NCBI GenBank assembly: GCA_016190935.1
Contig: JACPPP010000046.1
Span: 20,317 to 84,316, forward strand
DNA length: 64,000 nucleotides
Direction of reading: 5' to 3'
From: Armatimonadota bacterium
GTDB lineage: Bacteria; Armatimonadota; UBA5829; DTLH01
Shown here: positions 44,811-54,258 of the stretch, piece by piece
Position numbering within the stretch: position 1 is the stretch's first letter
Layout of the letters: every line of letters begins with the position of its first letter
The notes under the pieces: model-generated
Told to the model about the DNA's origin: nothing
The model's input: the letters and a program-made list of their open reading frames with translations, nothing else
Database searches by the model: none
Translations under genes and position numbers: made by a program

Positions 44811-46370
44811 CTAGCCAGCGCTCATGGCCAGCGGCATGCACCTCTCAGGCTTCAGCACAGTCATCCTGCTTCCGAACGTCTGCTCGAACCACTCCGGCGT
44901 CTGTGTATGCACGGGGATGATGTGCTTCGGCTGCATCGTGTCGATCAGCTCAGCCAGCGCCACGCCTGTGATATGGCCGGAGGCGTGGTAGCGGACCTCG
45001 GACTCCTTGTCTTCGGGATCTCCGACAAGAGTCATCCCGAATCTCGACACCCAGTTCCGCAGCCGACGGAAATCATACTCCTGCTCTTCCGAGTACAGTT
45101 CGCTGGATGAGTAGAGGTAGATGCCCCCAGGAGGAGGATTGATGTCCACGAGGTGGCTCAGGTCGAAGAAGCTGAAGCACAGAATGTACCGGCCGGGCTC
45201 ACAGCCTATGTCCTCGGGCTCCAGCGATTTTCCGCCACACATGCTATGAACATGCTGCTCCCATCCGTCCATCCGGGCCTTCGCCTTCTCGTAGAGCATT
45301 ATCCTGTCATCAGCGGCGGGTTCCGGAACGGCAGCATCGACCAGGTGCATAGCCTCCAGAAGCAACACATCCTTCGCCGTCAGGACCAGCCGCCGATCAG
45401 TCTCCTCCGCTATCCGCAGGAAAGAGAGCAGCCGCTCCACGTTTCTCGGTCCGAAGTCAGCTATAACGAACTGACCAGCCGCAGCCCTCACCGCTACCAC
45501 CGCGTTGGCATATACGTCGTCCTCGGTGGCGGACGTATCCTTGTGGATATGGGTACCCTCGGTGATGAGGACAAGCGGATGCAGCTTCGCCGCAGCTTCC
45601 GCAAACTGCCGCGTCAGCGCTCCGTTACGTCCGTGGACGCGTAGGTCGCCGGTATAGACGACGTATCCTTCGTCGGTCTTGATCGTGAAGCCTGTTGCGC
45701 CGAAGATCGAATGATCGACAGGGTAGCCGCAGACTTCAAGACTGCCTATGCAGGTGCAGGTACCCGGCATCTGTGCCTGAAGCCCTCTCGATGAGGTGAA
45801 GGCGGTCTCCCAGAAGTCGGATGCGCGGTCGGATAGCTCAGCCGAGTTGAGCAACAGGAATGGCCTTTGCACTGCATCACAGCCTCTCGCCGCGCCGACC
45901 GCCCCCCCGTTGCAGGCCTTCGGGATTGCGTAGCAGACCTCCGTTTCCATCGTACTCCTGCCCGAATCCTGAATAGCTTTGGTAATGAACGTGGTCATGG
46001 CGCCGCATGCTATGGGGATCTCCGGCTTGAGGAATGATATGTAGCCTGAGTGGTCGAGGTGGCCGTGCGATAGCAGCACTCCCTGCACGTCCACATCACG
46101 AATCGAGCATCGAGACTGCACCCGATCCCAGACGCCGTCATCTGGCACGAGATCGTCACGGTAGATACCCTTCAGCGGGGGCAAGAGGTCCATCTCCAAT
46201 GGATCGAGCAACCCCTTCACGCCGCGTGGCTGAAGGAACTCCTGATAGAACTTCTCCTTCGAGGAATAGCATATCCCGAAGTCTAGGAAGACGGCGGTGC
46301 CGCCAGACTCGACCAGGATCTTGTTCCCGCCGATGCAATCGGCTCCGTCATAGCATGTGATGGTGACCAT
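44811..46370 (-). CDS. Metallo-beta-lactamase-fold hydrolase (RNase J/beta-CASP-like nuclease candidate)
   Basis: HxHxDH motif in VLLSHGHLDHSGY and further His/Asp ligands downstream. 519 aa. Confidence 0.65.
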   Translation of the reverse strand: MVTITCYDGADCIGGNKILVESGGTAVFLDFGICYSSKEKFYQEFLQPRGVKGLLDPLEMDLLPPLKGIYRDDLVPDDGVWDRVQSRCSIRDVDVQGVLLSHGHLDHSGYISFLKPEIPIACGAMTTFITKAIQDSGRSTMETEVCYAIPKACNGGAVGAARGCDAVQRPFLLLNSAELSDRASDFWETAFTSSRGLQAQMPGTCTCIGSLEVCGYPVDHSIFGATGFTIKTDEGYVVYTGDLRVHGRNGALTRQFAEAAAKLHPLVLITEGTHIHKDTSATEDDVYANAVVAVRAAAGQFVIADFGPRNVERLLSFLRIAEETDRRLVLTAKDVLLLEAMHLVDAAVPEPAADDRIMLYEKAKARMDGWEQHVHSMCGGKSLEPEDIGCEPGRYILCFSFFDLSHLVDINPPPGGIYLYSSSELYSEEQEYDFRRLRNWVSRFGMTLVGDPEDKESEVRYHASGHITGVALAELIDTMQPKHIIPVHTQTPEWFEQTFGSRMTVLKPERCMPLAMSAG

Positions 46371-46428
46371 CCGCCTTCACCTCCTGTAGTTGCCATCGTG
46401 GCTTGATCAGCCAGGATGGTGGCAGGAC

Positions 46429-49017
46429 TTAGCTCAGGTTGTACTTCGATTTGCGCAGAATATACGGCTCCCTACCGCCCTCCAGAACCTGAAGGGCCGG
46501 CTCCTGCGCGCATTCAATGCCACCCAGGCATCTGACTGTTGCGCTGGTGGAGTCGCTCTCCACGTGAATCATCATGTCCGTATCTGAGGACACGGCGACC
46601 GTGTTGTTGTGCGTGGTCAAGATGAACTGCCGCTGTGTCTTGTTCTGGCGCAGTTTCTGAGCCACGTCCTCCCAGACAGTCTTAATGTCCAGGGCGTCTT
46701 CCGGTTGGTCTATGATGATCGGCCTCTCTCCCCGCGACAGGGCTATGATGAGCAGCGCAGTGCATTTCTGACCAACGGACAATTCGTCCAGCGTCGCATA
46801 GGACCCGCTATCCTTCCTGAACTTGATCGTCGGCTCGTCCTGTGGGTACCAACCGTGCTGGAGGCGGAGCAGCGGCTGAAGGCTCTCGGCGCTCATGAGC
46901 CTGCTGACCATAGTGTCAGCCGTTGTCTCCGGGATGCCGGCCTCTGCCGCAAGGCCGGCGGCGTCCTTGGTAAGGACAAGATCCACGAACCGTCGCGGTG
47001 AGAGCTTCTCGCCGACATCTTCAATATAGTCGCCCTTGACTCTGGAGCCGGTAACAAGCTCCTTGAGCTGCTCCTGAAACTGCCCGGAATCGGTTGAGTG
47101 CTTTACCTCCAGCCGAAGTTTCCGGCCAGACTGCTTAGCCAGGTCTGCATAAACTGTGGCCCGCTCGTTGTACAGGTCATCGTAGAGCCTGTCGAGAGCA
47201 TCGAGAGATTCCGTTCTCTCAGTTTGAAGCTTGCCACACTCGGCAGCACGTGCCTTGCGCTGGCTGATGCGCTTTTCCAGCTTCGACAGCTCCTCCTCAG
47301 CCTTCGCCCGCTCCTCGTTCAACTTCTTCTCGTCGGCAACAAGCGTCTCCGCGTAGGCCTTCTCGGCTGCGTTATACTGCGGCATCCACGATGCTCGCCT
47401 TGCCTCGATCAGCGACTTATGCGACTCCATGATCGCGATGGCGGCATCCAGCTTCTCCCGCACGTCGCTTCGCGCCTTCGCCGCGCTGTCCGTGGCCCAC
47501 TTGAGGTCGGGGTCCTCTTCTGCCGTCTCCTCTGCTGCAGAACCTTTGATGTCGTCCCTGGCGGCAGTGATCAGTTCCTTTACGCCATCGGCGTCCTGCT
47601 CAATGCCGCCGAAGGCGTTCTTTTTCTGCTTCGCAGTCTCGAACGCGGCCCGCAGCTTCGCTCGTTCCTCGCCACCCGCGAGAGCGGTGTCGATGTCTCT
47701 GATCTTGCCCTTGTACGTCTCGGCTTCCTTAATGATCTCCGTGACCTCCGTAGCGGCCGCGAGCGCGTCGCCGAGATCTTTGTCATTCTGATCAAGAGCG
47801 GCCTGGACTTGGGCGATCTTGCGCTGATGTGATGGAACGTCCACGAAGGAGTCCGTCAGCAACAGCTGCGCCCGCGTGTCCTTCGCAATCTCGATGATCT
47901 CCGTCTGACTGTATGCCAGGATCGGGAAAAGCTCCGGGATGTGGCCCTGGTACTGGATGCTTGCCGCCGTGTCAGTGCACGTGACGCTTCCGTCCGTTGC
48001 ACGGCGCAGAGCATACGTCACCCCCGCCGCCGTCAGCAACTGCAGTTCGACATGTCCGCTCGGTCCGAGGCACTTATCGACCTTCTTCCTGTGGTCTGCA
48101 AGGATGGTCGGTTCGTTAGAGGGCTGCCCTAAAGCGAATCTCATGAACTCTATGATGAGTGATTTGCCTGCACCTTTGCCACCGAAGATGCTGTTCAGGC
48201 TATCGTTTAGGTAGAGCTGCTGCCCATCAAGGAAGCCTCCCACCACGTTCATGCTGAGTATCCGGGGGAAGGCGTCCTGTGGTGTCCAGTCCATGGGCAT
48301 TATGCGTACCGACGGGTCGATGAAGCACTGTCTGAGACTTTCGAGCCTCAGGTCGCTGTCCAAGCGCATCCAGCACCTCCGCAGGCCGATGCCATCAAGC
48401 GAGTGCTTCTTCGGATCCGATGCGTCCGGGTTATCCGATATCTGGTAACAGGCCGGTATCCTGGAGAAACCGTGGCCTTTGTCGAAGTCCGCCGGAAGAG
48501 AGGGCCCAGTGGTCTCAACGGCATCGTACCAGGGGGCGTTAAGCGTTGCTATGCGTGTCTGCCCATTCAGCTCCCGGAAGACGCCTTTCGGGCCGTCGCA
48601 GTGCGCAAACACAACAAGCCCGCCCCAGTCGCGGATGGTCTTCGACACCTCCTCCAGAGTCTTCGAACACAGCGTCTCCGGCTTGCCCCGCTCATCAGGC
48701 TTGATGCCAAGCGCCGCGAGCAAACCGTTGACGTATTCGGTATCCCGGTCTATGTCAAACAGGGCCACGACATGTACGCCCGGCGCTACCGTGATCTCCA
48801 CTCCCGGGAACACGGCAAGCGCAGAACCAGCCACAGCCGACCTCACCTTGTCTATCCACTCGCCTGTGTTATGGTCGGTGATGGCTATAGCGGCAAGTCC
48901 TTTGCCAACGGCGGCTTCGACAACCTGTTCCGGCGTAACAGTCTTGTCCGCAAAGCACTTGGACGCCGGTGTATGTATGTGGAGATCAACACTTCGAAAA
49001 GCCAAACCCTTTCCCAT
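46429..49017 (-). CDS. PHP-domain phosphoesterase fused to an SMC/RecF/SbcC-like ABC ATPase with central coiled coil (single-chain SbcCD-like nuclease-ATPase)
   Basis: N-terminal PHP motifs VDLHIHTPAS...ITDHN. Walker A IFGGKGAGKSLIIEF. About 300-aa coiled-coil region. C-terminal signature/Walker B/D-loop LSVGQKCTALL...IIIDQPEDALD and H-loop ILTTHN. Confidence 0.65.
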   Translation of the reverse strand: MGKGLAFRSVDLHIHTPASKCFADKTVTPEQVVEAAVGKGLAAIAITDHNTGEWIDKVRSAVAGSALAVFPGVEITVAPGVHVVALFDIDRDTEYVNGLLAALGIKPDERGKPETLCSKTLEEVSKTIRDWGGLVVFAHCDGPKGVFRELNGQTRIATLNAPWYDAVETTGPSLPADFDKGHGFSRIPACYQISDNPDASDPKKHSLDGIGLRRCWMRLDSDLRLESLRQCFIDPSVRIMPMDWTPQDAFPRILSMNVVGGFLDGQQLYLNDSLNSIFGGKGAGKSLIIEFMRFALGQPSNEPTILADHRKKVDKCLGPSGHVELQLLTAAGVTYALRRATDGSVTCTDTAASIQYQGHIPELFPILAYSQTEIIEIAKDTRAQLLLTDSFVDVPSHQRKIAQVQAALDQNDKDLGDALAAATEVTEIIKEAETYKGKIRDIDTALAGGEERAKLRAAFETAKQKKNAFGGIEQDADGVKELITAARDDIKGSAAEETAEEDPDLKWATDSAAKARSDVREKLDAAIAIMESHKSLIEARRASWMPQYNAAEKAYAETLVADEKKLNEERAKAEEELSKLEKRISQRKARAAECGKLQTERTESLDALDRLYDDLYNERATVYADLAKQSGRKLRLEVKHSTDSGQFQEQLKELVTGSRVKGDYIEDVGEKLSPRRFVDLVLTKDAAGLAAEAGIPETTADTMVSRLMSAESLQPLLRLQHGWYPQDEPTIKFRKDSGSYATLDELSVGQKCTALLIIALSRGERPIIIDQPEDALDIKTVWEDVAQKLRQNKTQRQFILTTHNNTVAVSSDTDMMIHVESDSTSATVRCLGGIECAQEPALQVLEGGREPYILRKSKYNLS

Positions 49018-49204
49018 CGTTACCCTCCGCTGTAAGCCAGATATGCTCGCCTGAAGCGGCTACACAGCCGAACCTGGGGTACCCTTGCCGTACGCCGACA
49101 ACTCTTGAGTAGCGCATATTGGCGAGGACACCCTTCACCGTCTTGGCGATGCCCTGTACGGTCTTCACGATGGCACCTCGTCGCCAGGAGCGTAATGGAA
49201 AGCT

Positions 49205-50293
49205 CTACCAGTAGAGCCGCTTGTAGGCCTCGAAATCAAACTTGTGCGTGCGCTTGACGTGAGCGTCAATCCCGTACCTCATGCATCGCCCGCAGAACTG
49301 ACATTGCCTGCCAGGGCTGGGCGGCGGCCAATCCTCCCGCGGCACTACCTGTACGGCCAGGGCCGGATCTATGGGCAGATCGTCCGGAGGAGGTCGCGGA
49401 TCGCCCCGTCGCGGCGGCGGATCATACGCCTCCTGCGTCGGGACGTAGATTGCGCCTTCCAGTAGCCACGTCTCCTTATAGCGGTCCCTCAGGAATCCTG
49501 TGTGCGTCTTCAGGTTGTCTCCGGTCGCAAGCCAGATGGAGTTGATGCATGCGAGAACGGCGTCGCGGGCATCCTTCCAGTTGCGACCTTCAGGTGTGTA
49601 GTTCTCAACATTCACGCGTACACCTATTCTAAGCGTGGCGACCGCTATATCTTGTGTGGACGGTGCCTCTAGCAGACCGAGAGCTGACCTGACGGCTGCC
49701 GGATATGTTTCGACGACGGTTGGGTGCTCTTCAGTGGGCTCGTCCCACGGGCAGATTGCGCACGAGCCGTGGAGGCGGTGCAAGAGGGCAGTGCCCCTGT
49801 GAACCATCGGGATCATGTCCGGGTTCACAGTATGTATGCAGCTTTGCCCGCCGAGATCGCGGTCGGTTTGCCGAAGAGGTTCGTCTGCCGCTTCCGGTGG
49901 GCGGCGCAAGGCTTCTGCACACCGTAGGAGCTGTATCACGGATTCTGAGACCTGGGTAGTCTCGAAATCTGTTAGCTTCCAGGCAGCCGCGAGCAACCGT
50001 AGGAACACCTGAGGAACTCTATCCAATATCCGCCACACGTTGCGAGACTGACGCACATCCCTGAACCACATATTGCACAACTCTGTCGGGAGCGAGAATG
50101 GGAAATCCAGCGCCCAGATTGACGGTCCCGAGCGACCGACCTCGTCCTGTACTTGATCACGCGACAGGTTCTGCCGTACACGGATTGTCCATTCACCAGC
50201 GTCAAATCTCCCCGATGCTAACGCTATGTTCGCTTGCGGTCTGTCGTCTCTTCCGGCGCCGCTGAAGTCAACCCCGTAACATCTAGTGATCAC
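49205..50293 (-). CDS. DUF429-like (predicted RNase H-fold) protein
   Basis: N-terminal MITRCYGVDFSGAG resembles the DUF429 N-terminal strand-turn motif. Weak assignment. Confidence 0.3.
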   Translation of the reverse strand: MITRCYGVDFSGAGRDDRPQANIALASGRFDAGEWTIRVRQNLSRDQVQDEVGRSGPSIWALDFPFSLPTELCNMWFRDVRQSRNVWRILDRVPQVFLRLLAAAWKLTDFETTQVSESVIQLLRCAEALRRPPEAADEPLRQTDRDLGGQSCIHTVNPDMIPMVHRGTALLHRLHGSCAICPWDEPTEEHPTVVETYPAAVRSALGLLEAPSTQDIAVATLRIGVRVNVENYTPEGRNWKDARDAVLACINSIWLATGDNLKTHTGFLRDRYKETWLLEGAIYVPTQEAYDPPPRRGDPRPPPDDLPIDPALAVQVVPREDWPPPSPGRQCQFCGRCMRYGIDAHVKRTHKFDFEAYKRLYW

Positions 50294-50428
50294 GCCGCCA
50301 CCTCGGTGTCGGCGACGATCTGCCTCAGCAGGCCATCGGCCTCCGCCTCAAGTGCGAGGATACCGTCGGCGATGCCCCAGATGACACTCATGATGCCGTT
50401 ATGTTGAGATTCGTCCATTGACTCCCTC

Positions 50429-50653
50429 TTACATGCTCCTGTCGCGCCTCTTCGCCACGGATTCAGTGGACGCAGTGCCGCCCTTGGCACCGCCTGAACG
50501 CACCCAGGCATCGACTTCCTCTTTTCGAAACTTCCAGTGACGGCCTACCTTGTGCCCGGGCATGTCCCTGTGGACGACCCAACGGTACACGCTCTCCTTC
50601 ACCACGCCGAGATAGGTGGCAATCTCATCTACCGACAGCCATCGGTCTTCCAT
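50429..50653 (-). CDS. Excisionase/AlpA-family HTH DNA-binding protein (paralog of 32246-32461)
   Basis: WLSVDEIATYLGVVKESVYRWVVHRDMPGHKVGRHWKFRKEEVDAW. Confidence 0.6.
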   Translation of the reverse strand: MEDRWLSVDEIATYLGVVKESVYRWVVHRDMPGHKVGRHWKFRKEEVDAWVRSGGAKGGTASTESVAKRRDRSM

Positions 50654-51072
50654 AGTTGGCTGGCTCCACAGAAACTACAATGGCCGTCTGCCGCAACGAC
50701 GCATCGTGACGGACAGTGGACGTTGTATCGCGCCTGCTCGCCCACGGCATTATAGCATCAAAAGCTCTGCAATGGCCAGCCATCCAGCTATACTGGGTAT
50801 GACTACAGATGACTGTTGTTGACCAAGCTCTCATTGTCGGCGGTGATCCAGCAAGAGAGACGATAGCAGAACAGTAGTGATGGATAGGCGCAGGCAGTTC
50901 GGTTTGCCGAGCACACCGTCGAGCGAAGCAAGCGGCAACGCCTGGTGAAGGAGACACGCCTCCGGGCTTGACGGGGGTTGACGATCACCCTGCGGACTCT
51001 TTAGAATTTGGAGTGTCGGTTGACGCATCGTCTGCCGGTATGCAGCGCTGTCTGAATTGCGAGTGCGGGACC

Positions 51073-52554
51073 ATGGGTGAAGCAAAGCAAGTCGGAATCT
51101 GGATCCGAGTATCGACAGAAGACCAGGCTAGAGGCGAGAGCCCGGAGCATCACGAGAAGCGGGCACAGGATTACGCCGGGTTCAAGGAGTGGCAGGTCAG
51201 GGAGGTCTATCATCTGGAGGGTGTAAGCGGCAAGGCTGTCATGAGCCACCCCGAGACCCAGCGGATGTTGTCGGACATCCAGTCGGGACGCATCACCGGA
51301 CTTATCTTCTCCAAACTTGCTCGTCTCGCCCGCAATACGAGGGAGCTGCTTGAGTTCTCCGAGCTATTCAACGCTCACGGCGCAGACCTTATTTCTCTCC
51401 ATGAGTCCATCGACACCTCCACCCCTGCCGGCCGTCTGTTCTACACTATGATTGCGGCAATGGCTCAGTGGGAGCGCGAGGAGATCGCAGAGCGCGTTTT
51501 GGCTTCAGTACCGATACGCGCCAAGCTGGGTAAGCCGCTTGGAGGCAAAGCACCGTTCGGCTACCGCTGGGAAAACAAAGTCCTGGTTCCCGACCCCGCT
51601 GAAGCTCCGATAAGGAACCTGGTATATGAGCTTTTTCTCGAGCATCGCCGGAAGAAGAGGGTGGCCAGGCTCCTGAATGAAGCTGGCTACAGGACCAGGA
51701 GCGGAGTGGAATTCTCCCACTCGACGGTCAGCAAGATGCTGCGCGATCCCACGGCCAAAGGCCTTCACAGGGCGAACTACACCAGGCTCGTCAAGGGCCA
51801 GTGTGTCCTGAAACCAGAAAGCGAGTGGGTCTACACCACCGTCGAGGCTATCGTGCCGGAACAACTCTGGACCGAGTGCAACCAGATCCTTGATGACCAG
51901 GAGAAGCGCAACAAACGGCCAGCTCGCAAGACGGTGCAGCTCTTCAGCGGCGTCGTCCTGTGCAGTTGCGGCGGCAAGATGTATGTGCCTTCCAAGTCCC
52001 ACAAGTACACGTGTCGGAAATGCCTTGCCAAGATAGATGTCGACGACCTCGAAGAGGTATTCCACGAGCAGCTCAAAGCCTTCTTCCTCTCACCAGATGA
52101 GCTCGACAACTATCTGGCCAAAGCCGACCGGGTTATCCAGGAGAAGCAAGACTTGTTGCAGACCCGCTTCGATGAGGAGCGCAAGCTGAAGCAGGAAATG
52201 GACCGAGTCTACAGATTCTATATGGACGCGGAGATAACCCCAGCCGGCTTTGGGGCAAGATACAAGCCTTTGGAAGAAAGGCTGGCCCAAATCGAAGACC
52301 AGATCCCGGAGGTGCAGGCCGAGATAGACTTTCTCAAGATCCAATACCTCTCAAGCGACGAAATCCTGCACGAAGCCAGAGACCTCTATGCCAGATGGCC
52401 AGACCTTACTTACGAACACAAGCGTCAGATCATCGAAAGCATCACCCAGAGCATCATCATCGACAAGGACGAAGTGATCATCAACCTCGCCTACCTACCG
52501 TCGTCCTCGGAACTGATAGCAAAAAGTGCGACTAACCCTCGGGATGGGAGATGA
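51073..52554 (+). CDS. Large serine recombinase
   Basis: Start at ATG 51073 (MGEAKQVGIWIRVSTEDQ) with catalytic RVST. Recombinase domain, zinc ribbon (CSCGGKMY...CRKC) and C-terminal coiled coil. The upstream N-terminal extension in the ORF track is judged non-coding. Confidence 0.8.
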   Translation: MGEAKQVGIWIRVSTEDQARGESPEHHEKRAQDYAGFKEWQVREVYHLEGVSGKAVMSHPETQRMLSDIQSGRITGLIFSKLARLARNTRELLEFSELFNAHGADLISLHESIDTSTPAGRLFYTMIAAMAQWEREEIAERVLASVPIRAKLGKPLGGKAPFGYRWENKVLVPDPAEAPIRNLVYELFLEHRRKKRVARLLNEAGYRTRSGVEFSHSTVSKMLRDPTAKGLHRANYTRLVKGQCVLKPESEWVYTTVEAIVPEQLWTECNQILDDQEKRNKRPARKTVQLFSGVVLCSCGGKMYVPSKSHKYTCRKCLAKIDVDDLEEVFHEQLKAFFLSPDELDNYLAKADRVIQEKQDLLQTRFDEERKLKQEMDRVYRFYMDAEITPAGFGARYKPLEERLAQIEDQIPEVQAEIDFLKIQYLSSDEILHEARDLYARWPDLTYEHKRQIIESITQSIIIDKDEVIINLAYLPSSSELIAKSATNPRDGR

Positions 52555-53015
52555 ACACCAGGGTGAATGCGGACGGAATCGACATCAACCGCCAGTTTGC
52601 GACAAGACGCCCGGCGCCGGAGGCGGCGCTGATAATGCGCGCGCTCGAAGGCAGGTGCTTTGACCTTGTATTTGAGATGCACGAGGATGTGGACTCGAAC
52701 GGCTTCTACCTTTATGAACTTGTGGATGATCCGGCGGATTCGCTCGGAGAGGCAATAGTCGATGCTGTTGCCTCTTGCGGTTTTCCAATCAACTTCGACG
52801 AATGCATTGAGGGATCGGATGCTAAAGGAGGCATCATCAGGCCGAAGAAGTTCCGCTTCCGCAAGACACACCTGCCAAAAGCGGTCTATACTTACAGAGC
52901 ATGCGGCGGCCATGTCATCACATTGGCGCCGCCAGCGTCGACGCTTTCGTTCGAGGATAGGGTGAAGATTGAGCTGGCGGGGCTCAATGTCGCGCTCAAG
53001 TCGCTTCTCAGGTGA
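52551..53015 (+). pseudogene. C-terminal fragment of an M14-family (succinylglutamate desuccinylase/aspartoacylase-like) zinc peptidase gene, apparently 5'-truncated at the recombinase junction
   Basis: NADGIDINRQF (compare the DLNRNF motif of M14) and downstream FEMHED, but no upstream HxxE zinc-ligand segment. ATG overlaps the recombinase stop (ATGA). Confidence 0.4.
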
Positions 53016-53100
53016 CGGCACCAGGTTCATGTTGAAACAATGGACAAGCGGTTGCGAGAGGAGAACGTGGCGGGGAAGCGAGAGCCGGCTAAAGGATCCA

Positions 53101-54246
53101 CTAATAACTGTGATTCCGATATGCAGTGTCCAGAGGTCCGCATTGCGGGTCGCAAAACGCCCTGTTGGCCAGATTTGCAGACAAATCTAAATAATGCTTA
53201 ACCGCTTCGGGCGGCATGTTCCAGGGAATGTGGTTTCCGATAGACATCATATAACCGCCGGTCATGGATGCCGTTTCGATCATGTTCTTGACCATGGCCA
53301 GTATCTCGTCGGCGTTATTTCGCATGAGTATGCGATTATCTCCTTCACCCGCAAGAAAACAGTTCTCATGTTTTCGGGCGATGGCTTTGAAGTCTGTATA
53401 CGGCTCCGAGATAATACCTCTTGCGCCACAGGCGAATATATCGTCCGCGTACGCATCCATACAGCCGTCTACCATAAAGATAACTTCCTTGCCCGCCGCT
53501 TTCAACAGACTCCAAAATTCCTCATAGCGAGGGAAGATATGCCGATACATCCATTCCCTGGAACAAACTGGGCCGCGAGACGTGACAATGTCGTCATGAC
53601 AGACGACGAAGTTTACCGGCAATCGCGAGAATACACGAAAAACCCGTCTGTTGATCTCAGCAAACTCGTCCATAATCCGGGTGAAGCGATCGTCAAGGCA
53701 TGTCTGGAGGAACAGTTCCCAACCGAATGTGAGCAAGGGCCACATGAACATCGTGTTGTAGAATGAGACGCTGACGGCCGTTTCTTTCGGCGCCTCGTCG
53801 CCCCATTCAGCCGGGTACAACTGTCGATACTCCTGATAGAGCTTTTCCTCATCCCGATAATCGTGCGATTCCACCACTGGAATGGTGGTGAAATCTCCCT
53901 GCTCCAGCGGGGAAAAGGCGAAAACTTCTTCTTCGTTCTCGAACTGCCTGCCCCAATCCCAATCCCAGCTCTCGCCCTCACCCCAGCGTACGCTATGGCG
54001 GCCCTCACCATCGGGCTGGCTGCTCTCGTCATCGAAGCTCTCCGGGCGGGGTATGGAGGTATCATCTTCCGGAATCGGCAGATCGAGGATAGGATATAGC
54101 TGCTTCATTCTCTCCCTGCAGAGCTTGGGATGCTCGTAGTAATCGATCCCAGTGATATAGGTCTCCGCGTCCGGGCAGGACCAGAATTCCCAGTGGGGAA
54201 TCCGCTTCGGGCCCAGTCCCATAAAGGCTGCGTACTTGTCATCCAT
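53101..54246 (-). CDS. Uroporphyrinogen decarboxylase (URO-D) family protein
   Basis: Overall length (381 aa) and C-terminal pattern FVVCHDDIV...VIFMVDGCMD...ACGARGIISEPYTD resemble URO-D/methyltransferase-MtaA family. Weak. Confidence 0.4.
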   Translation of the reverse strand: MDDKYAAFMGLGPKRIPHWEFWSCPDAETYITGIDYYEHPKLCRERMKQLYPILDLPIPEDDTSIPRPESFDDESSQPDGEGRHSVRWGEGESWDWDWGRQFENEEEVFAFSPLEQGDFTTIPVVESHDYRDEEKLYQEYRQLYPAEWGDEAPKETAVSVSFYNTMFMWPLLTFGWELFLQTCLDDRFTRIMDEFAEINRRVFRVFSRLPVNFVVCHDDIVTSRGPVCSREWMYRHIFPRYEEFWSLLKAAGKEVIFMVDGCMDAYADDIFACGARGIISEPYTDFKAIARKHENCFLAGEGDNRILMRNNADEILAMVKNMIETASMTGGYMMSIGNHIPWNMPPEAVKHYLDLSANLANRAFCDPQCGPLDTAYRNHSY

Positions 54247-54258
54247 AATATCTATCTT

